From Antedon mediterranea (lineage: Eukaryota > Animalia > Echinodermata): DNA of 64,000 bases. The notes beneath the pieces were generated by a model that worked only from the letters and a program-made list of their open reading frames with translations, made no database searches and was not told the origin of the DNA. A program made the position numbers and the translations under genes. The stretch's first letter is position 1; each line of letters begins with the position of its first letter. Of the stretch, positions 41,544-54,132 are shown piece after piece. The DNA lies in contig NC_092680.1 in NCBI RefSeq assembly GCF_964355755.1, positions 2,666,001 through 2,730,000 on the forward strand. The letters are read 5' to 3'.

Positions 41544-41722
41544 AGCTTGGTTCCCACTAGAACGTAACGCAAGGACGTAAACGCAACGCAAGCGTTTTAA
41601 CCAATGACAAGCGAAGTTATAGACAGTTAGCAATCACAAGTGAATAAGCCATCGCTTGTGATTGGTCAATTCACTTGCGTTGCGTTACGTCCTTCTGTTG
41701 CGTCGCTAGTGGGAACCACGCT
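41544..41722 (+). mobile_element. MITE family A, full copy
   Basis: taa|agcttggttcccactag...ctagtgggaaccacgct|tta. Confidence 0.9.
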
Positions 41723-41970
41723 TTAGACATTATTTCTAGAGCGCACTTCGCAACCAAAGCTTCTCAAGGCGCTTTTGAATGCATAGCCTACTGGACAAAT
41801 AATGTTTGATGTGTCTGTAATCTTATGTAAAAAGAGAACCTCGTAGTAAATGACGTTATGGTTGCATTTGCTAACCTAGGTCTCTGGAGGTATAACCAGA
41901 TTTGTGATCTATGTGTATGAGCTGCCTTAATTCTACCATAGACATATTATAGGCCGAGTTCACTATAATA

Positions 41971-42471
41971 GAGAGGTTTCGCAATCTTACGAATACGATA
42001 ACGAAAACGGATACGTCACGCACACGTATTCGTTTTCGTAAGCCATAAAAAAATCAGTTTCGCATGGCAACGAAATATTGAGGCGCGTCCAAAATATGAC
42101 TGCGGTAAATTTGAGTGAAGCGCAGGTACGTGTTGCTTGGTGCTTGGCTGCCTAGGCCTAGCGTAACATCAAAGCGAGTGAGGACTTTAAAAACTGCAAT
42201 TTATCAAAATTGACTTGGCATTTTAGTAAATTACTTTAGAAAATTACTTTCAATAAATCTATAATTATATTATAATCATGAATCATTCCTGATTCAAATG
42301 CAAAATGTGCAAATAGATCAAAAACTATAGGCCTACTCGTTTTGTAGTTACGAATATGACTGGTGATATGAATACGCTTTACGAATATGAAATGGGGATC
42401 AGCTCAAAAGTTTCACAAATGTATGACGTATCCGTTTTCGTTATCGTATTCGTAAGGTTGCGAAACCTCCC
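41971..42471. mobile_element. ~500-bp MITE family F with ~48-bp TIRs
   Basis: gagaggtttcgcaatcttacgaatacgataacgaaaacggatacgtca ... tgacgtatccgttttcgttatcgtattcgtaaggttgcgaaacctccc. Confidence 0.8.
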
Positions 42472-43005
42472 TAATCTCTATGATCTACTAATTTGTTGCG
42501 TTACATAACAGTATAGTATTTAAGCCTACTGCTATCTTGATCAGGTTCAGTTTTCCATAACAGACATTTACAAAGATGCTATTTGGAATTTTAAAAAAGC
42601 AAGATATAATTAATTCGGCAATACCAATAGATCTTTTAAAAGGTTTGGTTTTGGTTTTTGTTCAGTTCTTTCACGTAATTGAATCGTTTGAAATCATTGA
42701 TTTGGAAACTTCTATAGCAATCTGTATATTATTTTGGTTATAAATAGATTATTTGTTCCAGCAGACTTATTAGTAGACCTATATAAAAAAGTATATTGTA
42801 GTTAACCTTGGAGTTATCCACTTGTATGGGAAGAGACAACACTAAACCCACTCAGAAGCTATAATGCCGAAATACTTAGATATAGATAAATGAAAATATG
42901 CGAAAGTAGTTAATTAAACTCAAACACGAACATTTCCGTTCGATGGGCACCTACAATCTAATTACAATGGTCAACGTAACTGAATAGCAATTCACCTCAC
43001 TCTAA

Positions 43006-43161
43006 ATCTTGGTTCTCACTAGCGACGCAACGTAACGCAATCTACGCTGCCCCCGCCTGCGTGAAATCAAACCTGCCATTTTTACAGCACTATTGCGTCG
43101 TCAGTTCCCACTTGAAATTACGCAATACAGCACTTTGCGTCGTTTTAGTGGGAACCACGCT
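43006..43161. mobile_element. MITE family B copy
   Basis: cttggttctcactag...tagtgggaaccacgct|tta with family B core (cccccgcctgcgtgaaatcaaacc). Confidence 0.75.
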
Positions 43162-44087
43162 TTAACATGGCCCAATGGAAGAACAATGAAAAAGATGAAC
43201 TGGGCCTCTTAACATAACAAAAATTTATATGTCTTCATCTATAAAGTTACAGAAACATACACTTGTTATACATTAATAAAGAAAACATTTCTTTTACCTT
43301 TTTCTCTTTTTATTTCTTACAATGGTACAATAACATGCAAAACAATCAGTGCAGATTGAATTAAGTAATTTTACCAACAGTTCGGATAGTCCTCTCTTCT
43401 GATTGGTCAAATTGCTCGCGTTGCGTCGTAGTGAGAATCAAGCTATATACAAGCAGAACCCATCGTACTTGAGAACTTGTTAACTTGCTGTCAACCACTT
43501 ACACTATTTTCGCCTATTTATTTTGCAAATATGTTTTGTTATACGCCAACGTATTTTTTTTTAATACGCCTGACTTTTTAAAACAATATTTATTTTACCT
43601 TTTATATTTTGATATATTTAAACGATCATCACTTGTGTATACGTTTATTTTATCTCCATTTTAATATAGTTAAAACAACTGCCCATTTCCTTACGCAGCT
43701 GTTTTATTATCTAACACAACATAACATTGTTTGAATAGTAACACCACTTGATTAAAAGAAAAATCTTTTTTTTTAAACAAATATTTGTTCTTAACTATTG
43801 TTTCTTTAATTGTTTATACTGTATTATTGATAAACATTTTGTTTTTCATGAAATAAATGTTTATGTTGTGTATCGTTAACTATAGAATATTTGTTTTAAC
43901 AAGTTTATGCAATCCTCAGTTTATTTTAAAATGCACCATCTTTGGACGTTTTTAGGAAGTTTTCAATTTACGACTTCCTAGGATCAAAGACGTAGTTAGT
44001 TCAAGTCATCGTTAAAGTCTGTAAAATATATTTCGCTTTATTGCGACGACCGGTACAATCACACTAAAAAAGGTTCCATGTCTGTTA

Positions 44088-44474
44088 AGCTTGGTTCTCA
44101 CTTGCGACGCAACGTAACGCAATCTACGCAACGTAAGAAAATGCCCTTCCAATAATTGTGTTTGCCCCCACCTGCGTGAAATCAAACCTGCGATTTTTAC
44201 AGCAGTGGTGCGTCGTCGGTTTCCACTTGCGATTACGCAATAAATCACTTTGCGTCGATACGTCGCTGCGTTACGTTGCGTTGCGTTCTAGTGGGAACCA
44301 CGCTTAAAGCGTGGTTCCCACTAGAGGCGTAAGCGTGGTTCCCACTAGAGACTAGAGACGCAATGATGTATAAGCGCAACGTAAGCGATTTGACCCAATC
44401 CGAACTTTAGCTTGTGATTGGTCAACTCGCTTGCGTTGCGTCTACGTCCTTGCGTTTCTTGTGGAAACCAAGCT
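44088..44474. mobile_element. Two abutting MITEs (B 44088-44304; A-like 44308-44474) sharing a TAA
   Basis: ...ccacgct|taa|agcgtggttcccactag...; the left terminus of the second copy is duplicated. Confidence 0.8.
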
Positions 44475-46451
44475 TCATAGCAGAATCCAGGTGTCGTCAC
44501 CTGCACCTATAATCGACGAAATTGGGTCTGATCTGATGACTTTGTCAAACCAAACTCAAACGTCATAGTTATCATGTCTTAGGTCATCACACATTAATTC
44601 CTACTGTTTTATAATGATAATGGTATGACAACATAATTACTGTACCTATTATTGGTGAGTGAGTATCCGGTTTTAAAACAGTTGAATGCTAATTCTAGCT
44701 TTGACAAGGATTTGAGGTGGTTCTGGTGTATATAAACCGTAGACGGTTCCCACAGTACACAAAATACTCGTGTGCAATTTAAAGAACCAGAGGGCTTACG
44801 ATGTTATTTTCCCGCTGTGCTATGCTCACATAGCTTGTTGTAGACAGAGACACAAGAGAACTCTAGATATTGGCAATACTGACATGTCGTGATACTTATG
44901 GGATGATACGCATGTAGTTTTAACTTTTTTCAGCGCTATGAATAATTATCGTTGTCGCTATAAAAATTGTAAATTATTATTTATTGTTTAAGAAATCGTT
45001 CTGCCGTATTTCCTTAATTGTATAAAGAACTTGTTTCAATTCAATTTTTGAAGAACAAGATTTACCTTTTCTGATTTCCACACAGAGATTGATCGATTGT
45101 CTTAATTCATCATAATGGGTGTTTGCTTATCATTAATTGATATTATTCATTGCAAAAATAATATTTTATATTGATTTTTCCACGCAATAAAATATATTAA
45201 AGTTGTATCAAAGGACATATTAAATATAAAACTAACAAATCCACCTTTATTGGTTATGTAAGATTACTCAATTTTATTTACATTTTAAATAACGATTGGG
45301 TTTATGTTTTTTTTTTACTTTTCTTTTCTGCTTACGTAAAGATAGGGTCATCACAGATCCCTGGACAGCATGGACAGAATAACATAGTTAGGCCTATATC
45401 AATTTTGGCATGCACTAGAATATCAAATTAATTTTAAACAATGTTAATATAGGTTTTGGTATCAGAGTTTCGATGCATTAAATACACTAATTTTTGTAGC
45501 TTAAAGATTTGTATTCAACTGTAACATTTCAGAAGACCCACCGTATTTTAACAAAGTCATTGTTAAAAGAAATACCTATTGAAATAGAAAAATATATTGC
45601 TTTTGAAAATTTAAAACCTAAAATGGAAAAATTTAAGAGTATAGTCTGCCATTTAAACTACCTCATAATTTGTATAAATTGTCGCTTGATTATTGTTTTT
45701 TGTCTTGTTGAGAACCATTTTTTGTTGTTGCCACAGCTGATGGCGATTTGTGGTTTTATAAAATAATAATAATAATAATATAACATCCTGGATTTATATA
45801 GCGCCTGATGTTGTGAAACCTCTAAGCGCTGAACATTATTACCCCAGTAATTGTCTTGGATCAAACACGTATGGAAACATAATTGAAGATTGTTTCAAAG
45901 GACATATTATAACACTAACAGAAGTAAAACAAACTTTTTTGGCCTTATCATTATTTTATATTACTCAAAATGAGTTGACATCAACAACCTATCCATCTTC
46001 CTACTGATGGCCTGGGGACTGACGTGGGAAAATGGAACGACCAAAGCACAAAGATAATTTATATTCTGTCCGAGGCAGTATGAGTGAATAGAGAAATTGG
46101 CAGACTGCATCTAATATCAAATAGGTATAATTCCGAAGCAGAATAATTTGTCTGCAATCTAGATTGTTAATATGAGGTATGACACGTCAATATGTCATAA
46201 AGGAGACCATTGAGTGATTTACAAAATCTGAATACAATTTAAAGTAATAATATCAGGTATATATTCAAAACACAACTTTAGTTCAACTTTGACCTTCTGG
46301 AAAAGTTTTAAAATTGCAGTTTGCGATCTCGACAAGACAAACAGTTTTAAACAAAGTGAGACCGTTCTAAAGGTAAAGTGTCCGAAATAAATAATATTTT
46401 CTACCCATTGTGTCATATCTTTTTTATAGGTTAAATAATGGATCAAATAGA

Positions 46452-46557
46452 ATGAACGTTGCATTTCAGAGACGAGTTCTCTTAAAAGGGGCCTTGATTT
46501 TCGTAGGTGGTATTATCCTGACGGTGATTCGCTTGAATAAACACATCGAAAAACCAG
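46452..46557 (+). CDS. NCKX exon 1 (N-terminal hydrophobic signal/anchor)
   Basis: MNVAFQRRVLLKGALIFVGGIILTVIRLNKHIEKP; acceptor at 46429, donor CAG|GTA; phase fits exon 2. Confidence 0.65.
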
Positions 46558-46623
46558 GTATTACGTTTTCCTCTTCTATGCATTTGACTAAAATTTACTT
46601 ATTAGGATATTTTCAATATGTTA

Positions 46624-46760
46624 AGCTCTGTCTACACTATCAAACTTTATGTGACAAAAAAATTGATGTTATGGAAATGATGACATCATATCACTACATA
46701 TATTTGGGCACACCTTTTTTTTGTCAAAACTAGTTTGATACCGGTAGTTTAGACAGAGCT
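46624..46760. mobile_element. MITE family C copy, TTA TSD (intronic)
   Basis: tta|agctctgtctacactatcaaac...agacagagct|tta; carries an extra ccggta in its right TIR. Confidence 0.8.
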
Positions 46761-47447
46761 TTAGATCCGTAAAAGTAACTAAATAATAGGTTCTCCTCTC
46801 CGAGAGGGCTCACACATAGCAGTTGATTATTGAGCGCATATGAAGTGCGCAAGGGCCTTTAAGAATCACATATTACATTATAATATAATCATAAATGATA
46901 ATAACTAAGTAAAATCCAGGACACTACAGGAAAGGAGAAAGTGTAGCTTAATTATCTTCCAAATTGTATACAAATTGACCGATTACAGATCCCCCCACAA
47001 ATATGAATAAAGGTTAAAGGTCATTGTATAAAATTTCATTAAAATTAATAGAGAGTATTAACAATTATATTATCATTTTTTGTAATGCTCAACATTCAGT
47101 ACAAATCACACATTAAATTGTTTAGATTATTTATTAATTCAACCTATATAATTATTTTTAATATTTAAGGGACAATCTTCACTTAATGTGAGAGTGTGTG
47201 ATAATTTAAATATATATGATATAATAACCGATTTCAATTATTTCAAAAGCGTAAAAATAGTAAATTTATAGAATCTTCTTTTTTAACTATACAAGGGAGA
47301 AATGATTTCTTTAGGCCTAAAGTTATAACCAACCACTATTCAGGGGTCACCCCGAATGTAGATTCTTATTATACATTCTTCTATATCCCTCACCATTGAA
47401 GGTATTCACTTTGTATTACGTAATTTATATGGCAATTGTTCTTTCAG

Positions 47448-47681
47448 CATCTTATGAGTATCCCACTCGTAGACAGATACTGTGGTCAGAAGAAGAAGAC
47501 GAACATTATGAGAATTGTTCGATGCCAAATGCCGCGAAGTTTCCTATAGGGCTATTTAGTCAATCTCAACGAGACAACGGTGCAATAGTCGTGCATATCC
47601 TTGTATCCATATACATATTCGGAGCAATAGCTTATGTATGTGCGGTTTACTTTGTACCTTCTATTGAACTGATTTGTCAAA
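47448..47681 (+). CDS. NCKX exon 2
   Basis: SYEYPTRRQ...NCSMP...FPIGLFS...GAIVVH...YFVPSIELICQ; donor A|GTAAGT. Confidence 0.9.
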
Positions 47682-47966
47682 GTAAGTAAGCGTTGTAATA
47701 ACCAGATACATCAATATTAAATTAAATTATAGTTTTATAGATTAAATATGGAGGAGATAAAACGGGAGGCAGACAAACAAGAACAAAAGAAAGCAACACT
47801 TTTGTTGTCCATCCTTCTTGGACGCAGCGCCGCCGATATAAAAGTGTGTTTTTTTAAAATCAAGATTGTGAATAATTAATATATTACATATACAGTAATT
47901 ATAAGTATTTAAATCACTGCAAATCGATTACAATAAACTGATACTGTAAAATATTACATCTTCTAG

Positions 47967-48050
47967 ATTTCAATATAAGGTCTGATGTAGCAGGTGCCTC
48001 CTTTATGGCAGCAGGTAGTTCTGCGCCAGAACTCTTTACAGCAATAATTG
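47967..48050 (+). CDS. NCKX exon 3 (alpha-1 repeat)
   Basis: FNIRSDVAGASFMAAGSSAPELFTAII. Confidence 0.95.
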
Positions 48051-48454
48051 GTACGTCATGATTTTCAGACTCATTCATATTTCGGACGTGGCTTATACAA
48101 TTGCAAATTTTCGTCGCAGCACTGATACTAGTCAGGGTTCCAGGCGGAGTTTTGACTGAATATTAGTAAAAGATAATTTTTTTGGCACATATGGCGTTTC
48201 ATACGTATACTACTTAAGCTTGTAAACTCAGACAACATCGAAAAGCTTCGAAATAACTACAGACTTGGGACAAGTCTACACTGATACGAAAAAAAAACCA
48301 ACAAAGTAATACGCCATAACTACTAATCTCGCTTCCTAATCCATAGGGGCCCATATAGAAATTTATATACACGAAACGACCATTACGAAATGGTTTCTTT
48401 TTTATTATAGATAATTATTTCTAAAGCAATTTATTTGTTAATTATCCCTCTCAG

Positions 48455-48558
48455 GTACGTTCGTCGTTCAAGGTGACATTGGGATTGATGCAATTGTAGG
48501 ATCGGCAGGTTTTAACATATTATTTATCATGGGTTTATGTCCGTTCTTCTCTGAGAAA
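48455..48558 (+). CDS. NCKX exon 4
   Basis: TFVVQGDIGIDAIVGSAGFNILFIMGLCPFFSEK; donor |GTAAGT. Confidence 0.92.
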
Positions 48559-48641
48559 GTAAGTACTGCAGATAATAGACCTGTTCGTTTGTGAATAAAC
48601 TCCTTTCAAATAATTACTGTAATTACAAGCCGAACTCCTTA

Positions 48642-48803
48642 AAGCTCTGTCTACATTATCAAACTTTATGTGGCAAACAAATTTGCTGCGCCCATATATG
48701 GATTTGATGATGTCATATCACTACCATATTTAAGCATATCACTAACATATTTGGGCACATCACACCTTTTTGTCAAACTAGTTTGATAGTGTAGACAGAA
48801 CTC
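48642..48803. mobile_element. MITE family C copy (intronic; another at ~49205-49333)
   Basis: taa|agctctgtctacattatcaaac...gtttgatagtgtagacaga. Confidence 0.75.
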
Positions 48804-49011
48804 ATTGGTCATAAAGTAGAAGGGCAGTATTATTGGATGGTTATTTAAGAATATAAAACATTTTTTTCTCAAAGTTGTTCGAAAGTTTCCTTTACAGAGT
48901 TTGCTTACCGGTATTGTCTGTTTGTCATTGTTTTTAAAAACCGGTCTATAAAATTACTTATACAAAAATCATTTCAGTGTTTAGTATTATGTGTATTGCC
49001 TTTTTTTGCAG

Positions 49012-49112
49012 CCTATACAGCTGTCGTGGTATCCTATCATTCGAGATGCAATCTGTTGGGCAATCTCCGTTACGTTTCTCATTGTTACAATCTATGATTC
49101 ACTAATTACGTG
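49012..49112 (+). CDS. NCKX exon 5
   Basis: PIQLSWYPIIRDAICWAISVTFLIVTIYDSLIT(W); WxPxxRD motif. Confidence 0.9.
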
Positions 49113-49520
49113 GTAAATATAGGCCTCTTATTGTTATTATTATCCACATTTTGTAGTATAGATATCATGTACAAATATTTGTATAAAATTATGAATTGAT
49201 GAATGTTATGTGCCCATATATGGACATGAATAATGATGTCATATCACTACTATATTTGTGCATAGCACTACCATATATTTGTGGGAACATCACATTTTTT
49301 TTGTCAAACTAGTTTGATAGTGTGGACAGAGCATAACAATTGCAGTTCCTTTACTTAGTAAAGAACAATTTCATAACACTACATTAGAATTTTATCTTTG
49401 TATTAACACAGAAGTCGTAATTAACGATAAACTTATTTTCTTATAAATTCTGAGATGCGAATTAATTTAGGCCTAGTTATCTTAACATTCTAATATGAGT
49501 ACAATGTCGTTACATTTTAG

Positions 49521-49741
49521 GTGGGAGGCCACGATACTTTCTGTTAGTTATTTCCTGTACCTAACTTTGATGTATTTCAATGGGTACGTTTCTAAATACG
49601 CTGTGAAACTTCAGGAGAAAATGGACAACAACGTGGAACCAGAATCAGTAGATGAGTCAACGTTTATCCTTGAAATTGTTCACAACACGGAAAATAATCA
49701 TAAAGAATTCGATTTGTTCCCAACTGATGACGAAGAAACAG
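49521..49741 (+). CDS. NCKX exon 6 (TM5 and acidic cytosolic loop)
   Basis: WEATILSVSYFLYLTLMYFN...DDEET; donor G|GTAGG. Confidence 0.88.
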
Positions 49742-50071
49742 GTAGGCCTGCGAATGATGACAAAAGATTTTGGTAGGAATTTGATAGGCCTACTTCCCCG
49801 GGGAAGGGTCATCAGTTTTGTATAAGATTCCACAGAAAGTGCCGGCTAGAGCAGGAAACTTCAGCAGGTTGAAGAGCGTACCATCTGTCATGTGACGAGA
49901 TTACAAAAAAGAAAAACACCCACACATTGGTATAAGTTTCGCAACAATTGTCACACGTCTCAAAATTAAAAACTCAAATAATCGTATTTATTACAGTAAA
50001 TAAATTTGGCCAATGTTGTGTTATTTCAAAAAAAAATTTAAATACTTTCGTCGTCCTTATTTATTTTTCAG

Positions 50072-50281
50072 AAAAGAAATCATCAGTCTTCTCATCCCCA
50101 GAAAGTCCGGCAATGTATGTTTGTTGGGTTTTAGGTTTACCTGTGATTACTGTGTATTATCTAACCATCCCTGACTGCCGACGGAAGGGCTGGGAGAAAA
50201 CCTATTTTATAACGTTTGTTATGGGAACTATTTGGATGGCTGGTCTATCTTATATATTAATATGGATGATTACTGTTATAG
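50072..50281 (+). CDS. NCKX exon 7
   Basis: KKSSVFSSP...LTIPDCRR...SYILIWMITVI(G); donor G|GTAAGT. Confidence 0.92.
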
Positions 50282-50982
50282 GTAAGTCCTGTTAAATACT
50301 GATTACTTATTGCTGTGTAGCAGCTATATTCTGGACAGCAATTTGACATTCTTTCACGTTTCATTGCTACCCGAAAGGTCATTGTTTGACTACAAAACAT
50401 TGGCCTAAGACATTAGGCTAAGTTTACGACTTTCGCTGTCTGCGGGTGAAATCAATTATTGCAGGCGACGATTGTACACTATAGTCCGTGGGTGAAGCGT
50501 TCTGATATACATTCGTATCCACTGTCTTAAGAATGGTCATTCGTATTAAAAGCTACTTTATACTATAGGTATCACAAGGCATGATTTGATCGTAGCACTC
50601 ACTTGAACTTGAAAGAGTATTACAGCATATTACCCTCAATTAAAATAATAATGAATTTTAACTCGCACCAAAACTCGATATTATTAGTGGTGTTTTAAAT
50701 TGCTCACAATTTCTATAATGTGCTTAAATAGTGCTACATTTTACTTTTTTTGTCTGTAAATGTTACCAGTACGCCTACAGATAATTTTAGTGTCTTTCTT
50801 TAAATGCTTTAGCAACATCACTTTCTGATTAACCACCCAGCAAATAGAGGGAGCTATCACTAGTTTTGTCTTATAGGAATATTTTTGTCATTCAATGTTA
50901 CATTTTTACCATACATATACAAAAACACAAACAACCCCATTGATTCAAAAATGATATTTCCCATAATTCTTTTTGCTTGCAG

Positions 50983-51084
50983 GCCATACAGTGCATATAT
51001 CTGATGACGTAATGGGTCTTACATTTCTTGCCATTGGGACTAGTCTACCAGACTTATTTGCATCTATAGGAGTTGTGAAGGATG
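50983..51084 (+). CDS. NCKX exon 8 (alpha-2 repeat)
   Basis: HTVHISDDVMGLTFLAIGTSLPDLFASIGVVKD; donor G|GTATGT. Confidence 0.95.
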
Positions 51085-51397
51085 GTATGTATTGTCGCCT
51101 GTGATTAGTCAACTCACACCATAATGTAGAGAAGTTGATAACAACATAAATACAATTTTTTGTACATAACATGTACAGTATATACTTATTGTCAGGAAAA
51201 TTTATATATTGGTAACTTTACAAAAGCTTATATAAAAATCTCGTGTTACCCTCTCTGCATTTTGCCAAGCAATCGCTCAGTAATAGCGCTTAATTTATTT
51301 CAGTGTTAGCTTATGTTATCTGTTATATTTTCCACTGATTTTTAAGGTTATTCAAAGCTGAAAGGCACGAATGAACATATACTTTCTATACTTACAG

Positions 51398-51732
51398 GTT
51401 ATGGAGATATGGCCGTAGCAAATATTATTGGAAGTAACGTATTTGAAATCCTTGTATGCCTGGGGTGCATATGGTTAGTTAAAATACTTAGCAACGGTGG
51501 TGACTGGGATCCGATCGTTATCGGAAGCGAAAGCCTCGTCTTATTATCTACAGGTCTCATTGTTACTTCCGTGTTTATGATTTTGAGTCTACATTTAAAA
51601 GATTGGGAACTCGACAAAAGACTTGGTGTAGTTTTAATTATAGCTTATATTGTATTTATCTCAATTCTTGTGGTTTTAAATGTTCATGGAAGTAAATCTA
51701 AAGACATCTTATCACAATGTCCACTTTTGTAG
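51398..51732 (+). CDS. NCKX exon 9 (last)
   Basis: YGDMAVANIIGSNVFEILVCLG...WELDKRLG...QCPLL, TAG. Confidence 0.95.
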
Positions 51733-52701
51733 TAAGTTTGTAGCACCTATTTATATTCTGGACAGCAATTTGATCTCCCGTCACGCTTCATTGCTTGTCA
51801 GTTCCGAAAGTTTGTTGTTTGTCCACAAATCATTGGCCTATGACAATCTAGGCTAAATGTACGGCTTTCGCTCTCTGCGGGTAAAATCCATTATTGCAGG
51901 CGATTATTGTACACTGTATAGTATGGTCCGTGGAAGGTATTTGTTATCCAGCTATGAGCTTCTTCAATTAAGAGCATAACGAAATAAATATTAAACTTAT
52001 AATGAATAAGTACATGGTTGCCAGAATATTAACAAAACCGTGAGCAAGACACCTATAAATATTGTATTATAATAAAAACAAAACAAAGAATAAAAAAAAA
52101 TTAAACAGAAAGAGAGTACAAATACGCTACTGCAATATATTACTGAATTTTCCACAATTATTTTTCTCTTACAATAAGATCAATAATACACACTTAACTG
52201 TAAATCGGGTTAATATAAATTGTTGTTATTGCAATTTTAAGGGCTAATGAGTAGTTGTGCTAAATGCCGGCTATTTATGTATGTTTATTCATTTTACGCA
52301 TTTGATAAAACGCCTTATACAGTACATTTGTTTTTCTACCTCATACTGAGAATTTGTAATGTCTGATTCTTGTACGATGTTTAATAGGTTAACTCAAAAG
52401 ATAATTTATATATAGGCCTAACAAATCGTTATAGCAATAGGTTAAAATCTAACAGTATTTTATTAACAATTTTTTAAATAAAAAATAAATTATACGTTAT
52501 AATTAAGATAACGTTGTCTGTCCATCAATATTTTGAATTTTTTTTTCTTAACAAGTTTATTTTGTAACGGCGCCACCATCGTTTAAACCACGATCTTACA
52601 AGTTGGTAATCCTATAATAACGGATCTCAACAACTTTCTTGGTCGGGAATTTATTTGTAAAGTTTATTTGCGCCGAATGTTAACGAACAGTACACATCAT
52701 C

Positions 52702-52860
52702 ATGGTTTACAAAGAAGAGGAGCACCATCGTCATACGGGTTTCAACATCATCCTTTTTCTGATCGTAATCAGTTGCCAGGTTGTTGTTTTTATTCAGCTT
52801 TTTGAAATTAAAGAAAGACTGAACGAGCTTGAAACAGCCAGATATGAAGAAGATATATAC
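52702..52860 (+). CDS. Short-chain collagen A exon 1 (anchor and coiled coil)
   Basis: MVYKEEEHHRHTGFNIILFLIVISCQVVVFIQLFEIKERLNELETARYEEDIY; donor |GTGAGT; parallels exon 1 of paralog B. Confidence 0.7.
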
Positions 52861-53444
52861 GTGAGTAATAAAGTACAGTAGAACTGCTGATAGTTGGCGT
52901 AACGCTATTAATGGGACATTTTCTTTTGAAAGAATTAAAAAGTATGTCTACTACCGATATAATAGTCGCTGTGTATCCATGGTTGTTGGACATAGCACCG
53001 TCACTTTTCCTTATTACAGTAACACACTAAAATTAACCCTACTTACGGACTTACGGACGTGTCTATAAAACAAAATATTAAATAATCATTTTCGGCTAGA
53101 CTGTGTCGGTGAAAATCGAGGATCATAAATACCATGCGCACAAGAAAGAAATGTTTGTCTTTGCATGCCATAGACTATAGTGTATAATGCACACAATTCA
53201 ACATTCGTGATGCCTTTTCGACACATAGAGAGCATTTTTTGTGCCCTTCTGATTTCTCAAGTATCGTAGGAAAATTGCATAATACAGCATCACAGTGTTT
53301 CTCTGTATAGCCTAACCTGACATGATACAGGCCCCACTGCTAGACTGTAATACATGCGAGATACTGTATTACTATTACGTAATTGTCCATTATATTGGGC
53401 AAAAATAAAAATATTCTCTTTCACGTCGTTTTACTTCTTTGCAG

Positions 53445-53541
53445 AATGATTTAATAGCCCTACCCTCCGAAAATAATTCACTCGAAGTTGTTCATTCTAG
53501 ACACGAGAGGTCGGTAAATGATACTTTGCAAGAAGCCAGAG
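53445..53541 (+). CDS. Short-chain collagen A exon 2 (furin-type RHER/S)
   Basis: ttgcag|NDLIALPSENNSLEVVHSRHERSVNDTLQEAR; phase 0 to 1. Confidence 0.7.
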
Positions 53542-53669
53542 GTTTGTGATCATTGAATGTATTAAAATTAGTTTTTAGAAGAGCATTTCTCGTTAGGCCT
53601 ATCTAATTATTTACACAGTTTGTAACTTTTGAATACATTTTTTACTCAATCATCTGGGTTTGTATAAAG

Positions 53670-53794
53670 GTGTTATCGGCGTGAGAGGAATTCTAGGATC
53701 ACCTGGCCCACGCGGAGCTGACGGCCGAGATGGCAGGGACGGAATGCCAGGCATGCCTGGTTTGCCTGGGCTGCAGGGACCAAGAGGAACAAAG
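53670..53794 (+). CDS. Short-chain collagen A exon 3 (14 Gly-X-Y)
   Basis: [42 protein letters not shown]; donor AAG|GTAAA. Confidence 0.9.
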
Positions 53795-53978
53795 GTAAAA
53801 CAACATATTGTTTATGTAGTTGATGTGCCAATGAAAGCATTACTGTAAAACTAATTCTTTGTGTTTTGTTACTAGGTTAGGTTTAGAAGCACTATAGGCC
53901 TACTGGTAGGATAGCATTGAGTTGAAGTGTACATTAGGTACGTAAGGAGTTAAACCACACTTTCATGTTATTTTATAG

Positions 53979-54132
53979 GGAGAACAAGGCCCTCCTTCCC
54001 CCAAAGGAAATCCAGGTCAGAATGGCAGTAGAGGCGTGAAAGGTGACCGAGGCATTACCGGAGTTCCTGGTACCGACTGCACGCTGAACGACACTAGTTC
54101 GATTTCCTTGCTATTTCAAACGTTACTTCGTG
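53979..54132 (+). CDS. Short-chain collagen A exon 4 (11 triplets, Cys, linker)
   Basis: GEQGPPSPKGNPGQNGSRGVKGDRGITGVPGTDCTLNDTSSISLLFQTLLR. Confidence 0.88.

Larger units (their letters stand above)
46452..51732 (+). other. Gene model: SLC24-family (NCKX-type) sodium/potassium/calcium exchanger, 498 aa
   Basis: join(46452..46557,47448..47681,47967..48050,48455..48558,49012..49112,49521..49741,50072..50281,50983..51084,51398..51732) = 1497 nt, all GT-AG, phases consistent. Alpha-1 DVAGASFMAAGSSAPELF; alpha-2 GLTFLAIGTSLPD...GDMAVANIIGSNVFE; NCKX motifs FPxxLFS, YFVPS, TIPDCR. Confidence 0.9.

Noticed and set aside
51718-51732. NCKX C-terminal CPLL as a CaaX prenylation signal
   Set aside because: A near-terminal Cys is normal for NCKX proteins and the C-terminus is expected to be extracytoplasmic.
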